Origin: the human T2T-CHM13v2.0 reference genome, Homo sapiens
Assembly (NCBI RefSeq): GCF_009914755.1
Contig: NC_060943.1
Strand: one strand, 5' to 3'
Length of the DNA stretch: 64,000 bases
Shown here in pieces: positions 38,575 to 64,000 of this stretch (positions within the stretch are counted from its first letter, which is position 1; the number at the start of each line of letters is the position of its first letter). The translations under genes and the position numbers were made by a program. Under the pieces are notes generated by a model. That model was not told the origin of the DNA. It worked only from the letters and a program-made list of their open reading frames with translations, and did not search any database.

Positions 38575-39565
38575 TCACCCTTTCCTGGAATCACCTCTCA
38601 CCATTTGGACTCACTTCCCATCACCAGGACTCATCTCTCAACAAAGGGACTCTCCTCTCATCACTGGGCTCACCTCTCACCACCAGAACTCACATCTCAC
38701 CACCTGGACTCACTGTCACCTCCTGGATTCACCCATCTGGACTCACCTCTCATCACCTAGACTTATCTCTCACCCCCTGGACTCACCTCTCACCAACTAG
38801 ACTCATCCCTTATTACCTGTACTCATCTCTCACCAGCTGGACTCACCCACCTGGGCTCATATCTCACCACCTGGACTCATCTCTCACTACCTGGACTCAC
38901 CTCTCACCACCTGGACTCACATCTCAACTGAACTCATCTCTCACAACCTGGACTCACAACTCAACTGAACTGATCTCTTACCACCTGGACTCACCTCTCA
39001 CCACCTGGATTCACCTCTCACCACCTGGACTCACCTCTCACCAACTGGACTCACCTCTCACTGGACTCATCTCTTACCACCTGGACTCACATCTCAACTG
39101 AACTCATCTCTCACCTGAACTCATCTCTCACCAGCTGTACTCACTTCTCAACACCTGGACTAGCCCACCTGGACTCACCTCATCTCTCACCTTCTGGACT
39201 CATCTCTCACCTGGAGTCACCTCTTAACACCGGGACTCACCTCTCACCTGGACTTACCTCCCACCACTTGGACTCACCTCTCACCCCCTAGACTCACCTC
39301 TCACACCCTGGACTCATATCTCACCATCTGGACTCACCTTTCACCTGGACTAACCTCTCAACACCTAGACTCATCTCTCACCACCTAGATTCACCTCGCA
39401 CCACTCGGACTCATCTCTCACAACGTGGAATCACTTCTCACCACCTGGAATCACTTCTCACCACCTAGACTCATCTCTCACCACCTAGACTCATCTCCCA
39501 TCACCTAGACTCATCTCCCATCACCTGAACTCACCTCTCACCACCTGGACTAACTCTCACCACCA
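38575..39565. repeat. Minisatellite, ~20-bp unit CCACCTGGACTCACCTCTCA, ~50 degenerate copies
   Basis: Periodic units visible directly. Confidence 0.95.
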
Positions 39566-40302
39566 CTGTCTCTTACACTTTATTCTCTGGCCATGTGGAA
39601 ACAGACATGGTGCCTTGCATTCACCAAGCTCACTCATTCACCTCTGCTATTTCCCCATGTTGGGACCCCTCTGCACTGGCTACCTCTCCCACATGCCCAC
39701 CTGAAAAGCACCTACTCATTCCTCAAGTCTCAGGTGACATATACCTCCTCTATGAAGCCAACTTGTAACCATGTAACCACTTTGGGAGTCAATGCATGCA
39801 TTCCTCCATGGAGTCCTTACACCAGGTTGCCTTTCTTGGACCAGCCAGTTGCCAGATAACTCTGATTAATATAATTAATCAATTTAATTACTTAATTAGT
39901 TAACTCACAAGTACTCCAGCCCATGGTGACGCATTCTCTCACATACTGATACTGTGTAAATATGTGTCTCATCAGAGGAGCCAGGATCTCCCGACATTTC
40001 ATCATCATTGGACTGAGGAGAAATTCATGAGGAACCATCTCTGCCAACCTCCATTTTAGGAGACAAAACTAAACTGGGCATCCCAGTACACTCATCCACC
40101 CAGTTCTTCCTTCTTGGGCCCTCACTGTGTGCCTGGTTCCAAATGAAACACTCAAGCACAGCCTTCAACCCAAGAACTGGGCAGTCTAAACCCACCTGCC
40201 TCCACGCAGGGGCAGGGGCTGCCTCAGAAATGCCCTTTCAATCCTGGGCTAATCCGAGGCTAGTTCTTCCCAACTCTGCATTCAGTGATGCCATGTTTGT
40301 AA

Positions 40303-42540
<2,238 letters not shown>

Positions 42541-42941
42541 GGATGTTGATTTGTTGTGGTTTTTTGGCTTCATTTTGTCTTGTTTTTAGAGAGCCAAGTG
42601 TTAGACATCTTCCAACACATCATTGCAAACACTCCGAGTCCTGACTGATTCCCCTAAGATCCAACTTTCTTAACGGACCAGACCCTGTCAAACAATGAGA
42701 TTTCAAGGAGGAAGAAGACAGCAAAAGCATGCTTTAGCTAAAATTTTGGCATGGGGTAAGTGTAGGATGTTATGTCCAGTTTAATTTGGTGTTTTCCTGG
42801 GTTTTATTTCTCTTTTAGTGAAAAGTGTGTACTTTTTATGCCATTGCAGAATTGATTCAATAGCACCACTGAATTGTCGGTCACGTGGATATGTTCAGTT
42901 TGAAAAAAATTATCAAGCTGCACATTTAAGAGTTGTGCACT

Positions 42942-44900
<1,959 letters not shown>

Positions 44901-44906
44901 TGCTAT

Positions 44907-45537
44907 TGAACCGAGTTTGTTCTTCCTCTGTGCGGCAAGCCAATCAATGTAATGACAGATTTTGCAGAAGAGGAAGAGTTCATTCATGAGGCAATTAAGC
45001 GACGAGGTGGTAAAACAGGTCTCAAATTCTCCTCCCCAAAAATAGGGTTTGAGGGTGCTTATGGGATAGAAAACGGGGTGATCTAAAGTACGGAGAAAGG
45101 TGACTGGCAGGTAGGGAAGGTGAGGTAATCAGAATTTCTGAGCAAGCATGGTTGAGCTACATGGCTTTAGATAGGACATTTGTGCAAAAAATAGCATTTA
45201 GCATGATCTGAAGGTGGAGTTTACGGCCCTCTGATATCAGCTACCCACACAGGTGCAGTTGAAGGGTGAGTGATCTCCACTGGCTTAAACTAAACAAGAG
45301 CTGCCTCCTACCTAGTTCCTGAAAAACAACTTTAAGCACCCATTACTATAGTGTCCCACAGACAAAAATGTTATCTGTAAGGAAGCCAGTGGGAGTTTAG
45401 TTATGCATTATTTGGCTACGTGACTTGCTAGTGGCGCTTTTAAGATCAACTATAAGTAAGCAATTAAAAGTAAGTAAGCAATTAAACGCAAGGCAGATTA
45501 AGTCTGGAGGGCTTAATCAGGTTCGCCTTTGGTTTCA
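44907..45537 (-). mobile_element. ERV1-class solo LTR, 631 bp
   Basis: TG...CA ends with inverted termini (tgaacc / ggtttca); 4-bp TSD CTAT at 44903-44906 and 45538-45541; orientation inferred. Confidence 0.75.
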
Positions 45538-45654
45538 CTATTAACATAAGAAATAAAATGAAACAAAATGGCTGAAAAATAATAAGAGGAGGAGGAAGAG
45601 AGGAATCATCATGATGCATCAGTTAAGGCAATTGGGCTGGAACATTTTAGGGGT

Positions 45655-46100
45655 TGTTTGTTTGTTTTTATATTTAAGACAGAGTCTTGCTCTGTCACCC
45701 AGGCTGGAGTGCAGAGGCACAATCTTAGCTCGCTGCAGCCTCAAACTCCTAGGCTCAAGCCAGCCTCCAACCTCAGCCTCCTGAGTAGCTAGGACTATAG
45801 GTATATGCCATCATTTTTATTATTATTATTATTTTAGTGACAGGGTCTCACTATGCCCCGGCTGGTCTCAAACTCCTCACCTCAAGCGATCCTCCTGCCT
45901 TGGCCTCCCAAAGCGCTGGGACTACAGACGTGACCCACCACACCTCACCCCTTATAGGGTTGAATGCCAACTGTGCCAATTGCTGACCTTGGGCAGTCAT
46001 TTCACCTCTATGAGCCTCAGTTTCTCCATCTGCAAAATGGGAGCAAAAATACTGATCTGTCTAGACTCTTGAAGACTCGATGAGATAATAACTAAGTGAA
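45655..46100 (-). mobile_element. Alu (45655-45945) and MIR (~45955-46100)
   Basis: Antisense Alu; MIR core tgaccttgggcagtcattt...ctcagtttctccatctgcaaaatggg. Confidence 0.8.
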
Positions 46101-46219
46101 GTCGGTGTTATCTACACAGTGGAAGGTGAGATGAATAAACTAGGCATAATGATGATGGTAATAACCAGATGGGCTGGCTATGGGATGGGGGTTGGGAGAG
46201 GTTGTGGCTGGGCTGGCAC

Positions 46220-46460
46220 AGACATCTGACTCATTTAGACTCTCTGCCTAGGCCACCTTTGCCAGAGGGAGTCCCCTCAGCCTTGCGATCACTCATCCCA
46301 TTGGCGTTGGCTCCATTTCCACACCACAGCTGTGTGCCAAGGGTGTGTCATGAGGTTTCTTGAGTGACAGAAAACTCACCGACAATAAAGGGCCAGGTGA
46401 TTGTGCCACCCGATTCATAGACCAGGCTTCTCAGGAGAAACCCCGGGAGATTCCACACTG
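46220..46460 (+). promoter_or_regulatory. CASP14: CASP14 promoter: AP-1 site, NF-kB-like sites, TATA-like element
   Basis: TGACTCA 46227-46233; GGGAGTCCCC 46267-46276; AATAAAG 46384-46390 about 30 nt before the inferred TSS; GGGAGATTCC 46445-46454. AP-1/NF-kB dependence of CASP14 in keratinocytes is known. Confidence 0.7.
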
Positions 46461-46582
46461 TCAGCCCCTTCTCCAAGATCAGTACGTGGGCCTGACTCCT
46501 CCTCGGTGCCCAGCTCAGTATTGGCAACTAGGAGAGTAGTGAGATTGAACTTGGCCTTGAGGAACAGCTGCCTCTAGAGTTG
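46417..46582 (+). other. CASP14: CASP14 non-coding exon 1 (TSS approximate)
   Basis: Strong donor TTG|GTAAGT at 46583; splices to acceptor ctccaag| at 49142. Confidence 0.7.
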
Positions 46583-46606
46583 GTAAGTGATTTGGTGGAT
46601 ATTAGC

Positions 46607-46665
<59 letters not shown>
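46607..46665. repeat. (CT)12(CA)17 compound microsatellite
   Basis: Read directly. Confidence 0.95.
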
Positions 46666-46670
<5 letters not shown>

Positions 46671-47226
46671 TACACACATACGCTCCCTCTCCCTTCATGA
46701 ATTAATGCTCTGGCCAGTTTTGGCAGAATGGAAGAAATTTCCATCCATCCCCTCTTTCTTTTCATCTGTTCATTTTTTTCTTATTTGTTTACTCAGCAAA
46801 TTCTCTCCAACACCACCTCTGTGCTCCCTGCCACACTGTTGGCCGTGATGGAGACAGAGATAATGAAGTCAGGCTTTCAGTCCTGAAAACTGAGCTGCCA
46901 GTTCAGCCATGAGAGTAAGAATCAAAAACACTGCTGTAATTCAAGTAGGAGCAAGCAGAGCTGTGAGAGTCCAGAGAAGGAAGAGGAAAGTTCCAGGAGG
47001 TCAAGAGGGATCCTAAAACCTACCTGGGTCGCCATTGCTGTTAAGCACCTAGAGCTCTCCCCAGGTCCTTTGCGGATGGGAAAATCGAGTCTCAGAGAGG
47101 AGAGTGAGATGCCGAAGGTCACACAGCTGGGAAGGGACTGAGGCAGGATTCGGTTCTGGCTCCAGGGCTATGCTCCTTCCACTTCCTCCCTCACAATCTT
47201 TGGCTCCTCTTTCGTCACAGCACTTG

Positions 47227-47227
<1 letters not shown>

Positions 47228-47276
<49 letters not shown>
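47228..47276. repeat. (TG)15(AG)9 compound microsatellite
   Basis: Read directly. Confidence 0.95.
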
Positions 47277-47397
47277 TTTAATATTCATTTCTGTCACAGA
47301 CTAGAGCTACAGAAGGACAGAAAGTCAGGGAGCATGTCTGTCTTACTTAATGGATTCTAAGTGCATAACACATAATAGATACCCAGAAAATATTTGC

Positions 47398-48075
47398 TGG
47401 GTAGGTGGGTGGGTGGGTGGATGGATGGATGGATGGATGGATGGGTGGGTGGGTGGGTAGATGGATAAGTAAATAGGTGGATGGATAGATGGAAGATAGA
47501 GATGATGGATGAAGGAATGGATAGAAGGAGGGCTAGATGGAGGGATAGTTGGAAGATAGAATAGATGGAGGGATGGAAGACAGAGAGAGATAATGGATGA
47601 ATGGATGGATGGATGGATGAATGAATGAGTGGTTGGATGAATAAGTGGATGGATAGATAGATGGATGGGTAGATAAATGGGTTGATGGAAGAATGAATGG
47701 GTATATGGGATGACTGATTAATAGATGGGTAGACAGACGGATGAATAGATGTGTGAGTGGGTGGATGGATGGATGGATGAGTGGATAGATAGGTAAGTGG
47801 AAAGATAAATTGGTGGATGGGTTGATGAATAAAAGGATGGATGTTAAATTGGATTGATGGATGACTAGATAGATGTGCGGGTGGAAGGATGGGTGGATGG
47901 GATGACTGATTAATAGATAAGTAGATGGACAGATGAATAGATGGATGGGTGAGTGGGTGAATGGATGGATAGATGATGAATTAATGGATAGATGGTAGAT
48001 GGATAGATGAATGAATTGATGGGTGACTGGATAGATAGATGGATAAAAACATAGATGAATGGATGGTTGATGGGG
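47398..48075. repeat. Degenerate (GGAT/AGAT/GGGT)n tract in CASP14 intron 1
   Basis: Read directly. Confidence 0.93.
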
Positions 48076-48146
48076 GAAGGCATAGCAGATATTATGCCAC
48101 CAAAATTGTCAGAGAAGGATCTAGATAGAAAAAAAAAAAAGCATTC

Positions 48147-48458
<312 letters not shown>

Positions 48459-49187
48459 CAAAAAGCATTCCCTACTGAGGAGAAAGTGTAGGAAAAGGCA
48501 AAGAGATGGGGAAATGCCAAGAGTATGACAAAAGTCTGTCTGTGCAGCCAGAGAAGAGAACAGGACTCAGAGATGAGAATGGAGAATGTGGACAGACATT
48601 CAGACTCAAGGAAGAGCAAGGGAGGTGGATTGACCCCTTCGTATTGGAGACCCAGTGAGATAATATCAAAGTTGCATTCCCCACTTCGATGACATTCTCC
48701 TTTTAAACACTCCTCCAAGGCATCTCTTTGAGATGGCTTCCCCAGCCCGTCATCTCCTAGGTAGAAGAGGCAAACACATGGGTCACTTGCCCTGCTCCTC
48801 ATTCCAGGGCTTTCAGGGGAAGTTCAGTCCACCAGAAGCTGGTGAATGACCCACGGGAGACACAGGAAGTTTTTGGGGGTGGGGTGGGGGACATTGTGGG
48901 GTAGGCTCAGCAGTTCTGAAGAAGACATCCAGAAATGGAAGACATCGTGAAATTGTCATTCTAGGGGTGATATATTACTACTTCATGGATTATCATCTAT
49001 TGCCCAGATCTGTCCACAGACCAAATCCCCACCACTTGAGTGCTATTTGGTCTCAAAAATCCAGATACATAAGCCAGTTTGTCCCCTGAGCCCCTCGGCC
49101 TCCCTTTAGAGAACTTTAACCTATCTTCTCTTGACTCCAAGGATCAGACAAGGGTGCTGAGAGCCGGGACTCACAACCAAAGGAGAA

Positions 49188-53028
<3,841 letters not shown>

Positions 53029-54542
53029 AAGTAGAAAGACCAGGAGGAGCTTTCCTTCCAGCATTCTTTCTGTCTCACAGAAATTTAGAGGCAGCTCTTA
53101 CCTCTCCCCAAGATCTTCTGTTCCTAAGGCCAAATGGCACCCAGTTTCTTTTCCATCACACCCTTCATGCAGGTCCTCCTGTCCTTATTAGAGCAAGCCA
53201 GCCAAAACTTAGCACAAGGCATGGTGGCAACATTAACATCACCTCCCTCAGGCTGGACTTTCTATCTTTATTAATGCAACCGAAGAGACCTAAGAGTGCA
53301 TTCACTTATCCCACTTTCTGTTCCTGTGGTCTTCTTTCTCCCATGAAGCAGAAACTGGATAAAGCTCAAGATTTTCCATAGACAAACCAAAGCCCACTCA
53401 TCCCCTCCTACCCCAATCCAACCTCTGCTGGCTCCTGCATCTCACTTGGAGGTCAAACCTCCTCCTGAGGCCAATGCATTCCCAACTTCCAGTTCTTTCC
53501 TTTACCCTGGAGAGTTAGTAAGGTAAGAACCATTCTTTCTCTCCAAAACCACTCCTCCTTGGCTGGCAAGTTGGTGTCCTAACTCCGTTCTCTTCCTAGC
53601 TCATGGCCTCTCTAGATAATAAAGTTGTCTCCTCCTTTCTGGATCTCTTCCTCCTAACACCCCTCCCCTGAAACCCTGGACTCTGCCCTCTCTCCAAGAA
53701 AATCCATCTATTCAACTATTCTTGCATTCAATTACTCTAAATGAGAGCGTGTTGGAGCTATGGCAAATTCCCTGTTGTCACCTTGCTATTTTGCAGACAA
53801 CATAATATTTAACCTCTCATAACCAGAGAGGTTAAATAATTTGTCAAATGCAATACAGTAAGACAGAGGCAAGGACAAGGTTTGACTTCCAGCCCAGCCT
53901 CTTTTCCACAACCTGCTAAATCTTGATCCATCTGAAAACTTTTCTAATTAGTGAAGATGACTAATAAAAATTTTCCCTATCTCCAAGGTAGGAGCTTTCT
54001 GGAAGTTTCTAGAAATTTTCAATAACCACCAGCCAAGGTTACCTCCAGGTAACCTTGCAGCACCAGGCTGGAAGTCAGATCGGCTTCACTATCTTCCAAC
54101 TCTACAGCCTGTATCTCTCCATCCCCAGCTTTGACCTTTCCTGCTCAAGTAACCTACGGGCACATCCAGCGTCACTAAAAACTCAGGGCTTTTCTTCCCG
54201 GTTACTCCTCCAAGCGTTCCCTGGTATCCTCAACCTCAGATCCCAGGTTCAGATTTCTGCAGTCAATCTATGACCCCTCTCTTCTTGCATCCTTCATATG
54301 CCACCAGACACCATGCCCAGTCCAGCCTGATTTTGAAACAACTTTCATGCCGGTCTTCTCTTCCCTGACATGTTACTGTCCAGGCTCAAGTCCTCAGCTT
54401 CTCATATCTGCATCTTTGCAACCAACTTCCTCCCTTGCCTCTCTGCTTTTCCATCCCACTTTTCATGTGTCCTCCATACCATCTATAACAGTGATCTCCC
54501 TGGAACACTCAAGAAGACACAACATACCATATTATTTAAAGA

Positions 54543-54855
<313 letters not shown>

Positions 54856-55207
54856 CCAAAGTCAAACCGCACATCAGGATCTCTCACACCCTTCCAATTT
54901 TGCCATCTACCAGCACTTAGCTAAACCCATCTCCCATCTCTTCCACCATGAATTCACTCTTTCAAAAAGGCTAATGTCTTCTTACTCACCCTTGCCTCTA
55001 AGCCTTTGCTATCACCATTTCCCCCAAGCTGGAGGGCCCTCCCTCTCCCTTTACCCCTCTTCCACTACCTCCCACCCCTACTTTTTCCAGATAGCCATTT
55101 CCTCTCTTTTTTCTGATTGATCCTTCCCTCTCACCCAGGATTAGATGCTGGAAATGACCACTTCTGGAGGGCAGGGAACAAGCCCTTAATCTGCATAATG
55201 AGTGTTC

Positions 55208-55213
55208 AATAAA
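55208..55213 (+). terminator. CASP14: CASP14 distal poly(A) signal; proximal candidates at 53618 and 53963
   Basis: AATAAA followed by GT/T-rich downstream sequence. Confidence 0.7.
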
Positions 55214-55379
55214 CAGTTGTCAAACTTTGAAAGAAAGTGTTGAAATCTTTGTTCTGTGCTGAAACAGTGAGGCTGATACAAAAGGAGTTATGGATTTAAT
55301 TTCTTTTTTCCCAGTGGCTGGCTTCCTCCCAGGTGTGTCTATCATGAATGGAGAATCAGGAGCTTCAGCCTGTGTCTTC

Positions 55380-55683
<304 letters not shown>

Positions 55684-56276
55684 CCTGTCTCTTTCACAAA
55701 AACAGACGTGTTGGGAATTTGTAAAGTTACAGGCCACACTTTCATGCTGAATGGCTATCTTTTACATAATTGTTCCATCTCCAGAATGTTTCCAAGGAAG
55801 TATGCAGACAGAAAAATGTCACTTTTCAGAACTATAAGGGACATTGGAGGTGGGCTAGTTACAGCATCAAAGACATTTAGCAAGTGTGCCATCTCTCTAG
55901 CCTGGTGCCCATGGCAGACATGACTAATCAATCACACCTATTTTTCCTAATGAACTCAAGTGTTACCTCAAAGCCTTTCTCCTCTGAGCACTTGGGAAGC
56001 TGACACCTGTCTACTGGCATAAGTACATCATTCCTGATCCATTTGAACCTCCACCTTAGGAAGTCAATCGTCTATGGTCATTTTATGTGGTACACCCAGG
56101 AATCTAGCCATGGCAGTAACCGGGGTTTTATCCATGGAGATGGAAAACCAAGTGGCCAACACAGGGGTGGGTTCGAAGGGCCAAGAGATCTGGGGTGATG
56201 CATGCACTGAGCTCTATACACTTACTTACATGCCAACCTGCGGTCCAAACACCCAATGATTCTGGGAGTCTCCAAA

Positions 56277-56502
56277 CATGAGGGTCAGAAAACTGTGTCT
56301 CACTCACCAGATCCAGTCTGCAGTTTGTTTTTATCAACAAAGCTTTGCTGGCACACAGGCATGTTTATTCACTTACATACTGGCTACGGCTGCCTTCAAC
56401 CTACAATGGTAGAGTTGAGTAGTTAGAACAGACAGCATATGGCCCACAAAGCTGAAACTATTTACTATTTGGCCCCTTACAGAGAAGGTTTGACAACCCC
56501 TA
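56277..56502. mobile_element. MER58-like hAT DNA transposon
   Basis: agggtcagaaaact...tatttactatttggccccttacagagaaggtttgacaacccct. Confidence 0.75.
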
Positions 56503-56557
56503 TCCTAATATCTTTCCAAAAATTCCAATTTTGCTATCAATACTAATTTTGATGTCA

Positions 56558-58660
<2,103 letters not shown>

Positions 58661-58670
58661 AATCTACCGT

Positions 58671-59337
<667 letters not shown>

Positions 59338-59998
59338 ATGGCTTTGTTCTTCAAGACCTGCGACTAAAGGTTTTCCCCAATTATTAAGCAAGGATGTGTA
59401 GGTTTAGCCTGGAAGTTTCATATTCAGCATCAGGAACTGATCCAGGCTTTGTAGGACCTGTACAGTTGGGCAGAAAGAGTCCCTCTTTAAGAAGAGGACA
59501 AACAGCAACGCAGAATTAGTACAGCCACATAAGCACATTGTCAGGGTCTCTCCTCGGACCATGCAGAGGCCCAGAAAAGTGGGGATCCTGTAGCTTTTGC
59601 CACATCAGCTCCAAGGCAAGTCCCCCTTTGTTTATCTGTTCTCCAAGACGCTCTCCGATAGCAGCAGAAACAGTCGTTTTAAAATGCAGATCTGAGCCGG
59701 GTATGGTGGTACGCACCTGTAAGTTCCAGCTACTTGGGAGGTTGGGGTGGGAGGATCACTTGAGCCCAGGAAGTCAAGACTGCAGTGAGCTATGATTGTG
59801 CATTGCAGCCTGAGCAACAGAACTATCTCTAAAAGAATAACAATAATAAATGTGAAATAAATCTTTGAAAATGCAAATATGACCTGCTGTGCATCTTCTT
59901 AAAATCTTTCTGTGACCTCCCACTGCCCTTAGGATAAGGAAAAAAGTCTTAACTTCTAGATCCCTACATCTTTTTATCTCTACTCCTTCAGTGTTTCT

Positions 59999-60162
59999 TT
60001 TTTTTATTATTATTATACTTTAAGTTTTAGGGTACATGTGCACAATGTGCAGGTTAGTTACATATATATACATGTGCCATGCTGGTGCACTGCACCCACT
60101 AACTTGTCATCTAGCATTAGGTATATCTCCCAATGCTATCCCTCCCCCCTCTCCCCTCCCCC
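59999..60162 (-). mobile_element. Short young L1PA 3' end with 16-bp TSD ctccttcagtgtttct
   Basis: L1 3' terminus; TSD at 59983-59998 and 60163-60178. Confidence 0.9.
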
Positions 60163-61557
60163 CTCCTTCAGTGTTTCTGAAGTCACTTTGGACTTCTTTC
60201 TTTTCCAAGATAGGCTATTTCCTATCTCAGTTACCTCTACTTAGATCACTCCTCCAAACCACCTTGTTATCCTTTATACTGTAGCTCAAATACATTTCTG
60301 AAGGGAAGTCTCTTTGTCCATCACCTCAGACAAGACCCGAGTTTAGAGTTCTTTGTAGACTTTTTCTCCAAGCCACAAATCACACTTTAAAATTATGTCT
60401 TTTGCGATATGATTATTTATTCAAAATCTGGCTCTTCTACCTGATGGATCCAAGATTAAACATCAATTGTCATAAGCCAGTGAGCTTTGGGGTCATGTGT
60501 TACTGCAGCATAACCTAATCTGTGCTGACTGACACATGAGACCAGCCAGGTTAAAACAGCACATTGGAATGAATGACATTCATTCTACCAGCTACCTAGG
60601 AAATGTACAGAATCTATGAGATAAAAATAAATCCACTTCTTTTACCTATGAGCAGTTTCTATTTAATCATGTTTAAATTTTATTCACTAATAAGAATGAA
60701 TAAGCAATTTCCAAAGGTTCCAAAGTGTAGCACCCAGTTTAGCATGAGACACAAGAAAAGGAAAGGGAGTTCTAGCTTTGAGAATTTGGAACCTGAACTC
60801 TTCACCTTCATTCTGATTGGTCGGGTTATGTGGGAATAAAATATGTCGGCTGTTTGTGAAGTTGCTCTTACAGATGATCAATTATAAGAATGAGGTCACC
60901 TTCACCCTGGCCAATTCAGTAAGCCAATCACCCTATTGCTGTGTATGCTCACCCACAGTCCATACCCATGGCCTCAAGGCTATCTTGATACACCCAGTTG
61001 GCTTGCTGTTAGCTTCTGATAGTACAAGTCACAAGAGAGAGAGAGAAAATGGGAAGAGGACAAAAAAAGAGGATTCTTCCTTTTGGAGTTGCCAGTAGCA
61101 TCACGTCATTCCAGTTTGCAACTTTTTTGCCCCACACACAAAACCGGCATCATTGTGCCCCCTGAAATATACGTGCATCAGCTGGCCAGCAGCCCCGTCT
61201 CAGATATATGCACAGATATGCACATGGCACTGTCTTCTTCCTCTTCTAAGATTCTAGAGTCTGATAACGTCAACTCTTCCCAGCGTTTCCCAGGCCTCAG
61301 CTTGTCAGCTGATTCCACAGAAATTATTTCTGGGTTAGCACTAGTGTTAACCAGGTCCTTGTTAACTAGTCTTGCCTTCTTGCTTTTCTGGTCCTTCACT
61401 ACCTATTTAATTAATTCCCATGTTAAATTCTTTCTGTTAAAAGACATCAGCAGATGATTGGGTAATGAAAATATGGTATATATACAGAATGGACTATGAT
61501 TCAGCCATAAAAAAAAAAAAGAGTGAAATCATGTCTCAGAAAGTCAAATAGCACATG

Positions 61558-61920
61558 TGTATTAGTCCATCCTCATTCTGCTAATAAAGACATACCCAAG
61601 ACTGGGTAATTTATAAAGAAAAGAGGTTTGATGGATTCACAGTTCCACATGGCTGGAAAGGCCTCACAATCATGGTGGAAGGTGAAGGAGGAGCAAAGGC
61701 ACATCTTACATGGTGGCAGGCAAGAGAGCGTGTGCAGGGGAACTGCCCTTTATAAAGCCATCAGATTTCGTGACACTTATTCACTATCACGAGAACAGCA
61801 TGAGGGTAACTGACCCCATGATTCAATTACCCCCCACCAGGTCCCTCCCATGACACATGGGGATTATGGGAACTACAATTCAAGATGAGATTTGAGTGGG
61901 GACACAGCCAAACCATATCA
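61558..61920 (-). mobile_element. THE1-type MaLR solo LTR
   Basis: tgtattagtcc...cagccaaaccatatca with 5-bp TSD acatg. Confidence 0.9.
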
Positions 61921-62148
61921 ACATGTTCTCATTTATAAGTGGGGGCCAAATAATGTGTAGACAAGGACATAGGGTGTGGAATTATAGACACTGGAGAGGC
62001 AGAAGGGTAAGAGAGTAGGAGGAGATGGAGGATGAGAAATTACTTTATGGGTACAATGTACCTTGTTTGGGTGACGGTTACACTCAAAGCCCAGATTTCA
62101 CCACTAGGCAACACATCCGTGTAACAAAACTGGCCTTGTACTCCTTAA

Positions 62149-63757
<1,609 letters not shown>

Positions 63758-64000
63758 GTTTAAAAAAGTTAAAACGAGTGAGATTCTGTCTCAAAAAAAG
63801 TTAAAATGTCAAATTTTATGTTATATAATCTACCACAATGTTTTAAAATTAATTATGTAAAATATCAAAAACCAATGAATTATACACTTTATATGGGTGA
63901 ATTGTATGGTGTGTGAATTATATCTCAATAAAGCTGTTCAAAAAAATAACTTGCGTGCTTTACAATGAAGAAAACTGGCAAAAGCTACCTTTACCAAGGA

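Noticed and set aside
38575-39565. CRISPR-like array or repeat-protein gene
   Set aside because: Eukaryotic context, no unique spacers, variable unit length with stops and frameshifts; it is a minisatellite
60817-61457. 124-aa ORF with hydrophobic tail and a small actagt/gttaac inverted repeat
   Set aside because: Non-ATG start, no recognisable homologue, probably old LTR-derived sequence

Overview
Alu-dense primate DNA, almost certainly human chr19p13.12. Two complete + strand genes can be rebuilt from GT-AG junctions. TEKTL1/CCDC105 (tektin-like sperm axonemal coiled-coil protein) has 7 coding exons at 7727-20056 and encodes 499 aa. CASP14 (caspase-14) has a non-coding exon 1 ending at 46582 and 6 coding exons at 49188-53028, encoding 242 aa with intact His89/Cys132. 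A probable distal first exon of the neighbouring minus-strand gene SLC1A6 (ATG TCG|GTAAGC, ending at 7386) lies head-to-head with TEKTL1 around X-box-like motifs. The rest is about 60 Alus, L1 fragments (two with 5' inversions), MaLR and ERV1 LTRs, MER DNA transposons, a 1-kb 20-mer minisatellite and several simple repeats. I found no convincing new gene system. The best unexplained signals are splicing-related: a hairpin masking a decoy acceptor before TEKTL1 exon 7, a candidate poison exon and complementary microsatellites in CASP14, local duplications inside TEKTL1, and an E-box/5'-splice-site minisatellite and solo LTR upstream of CASP14. Repeat boundaries and subfamily names were judged by eye and are approximate. 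Comparisons with reference databases are from memory and need checking.
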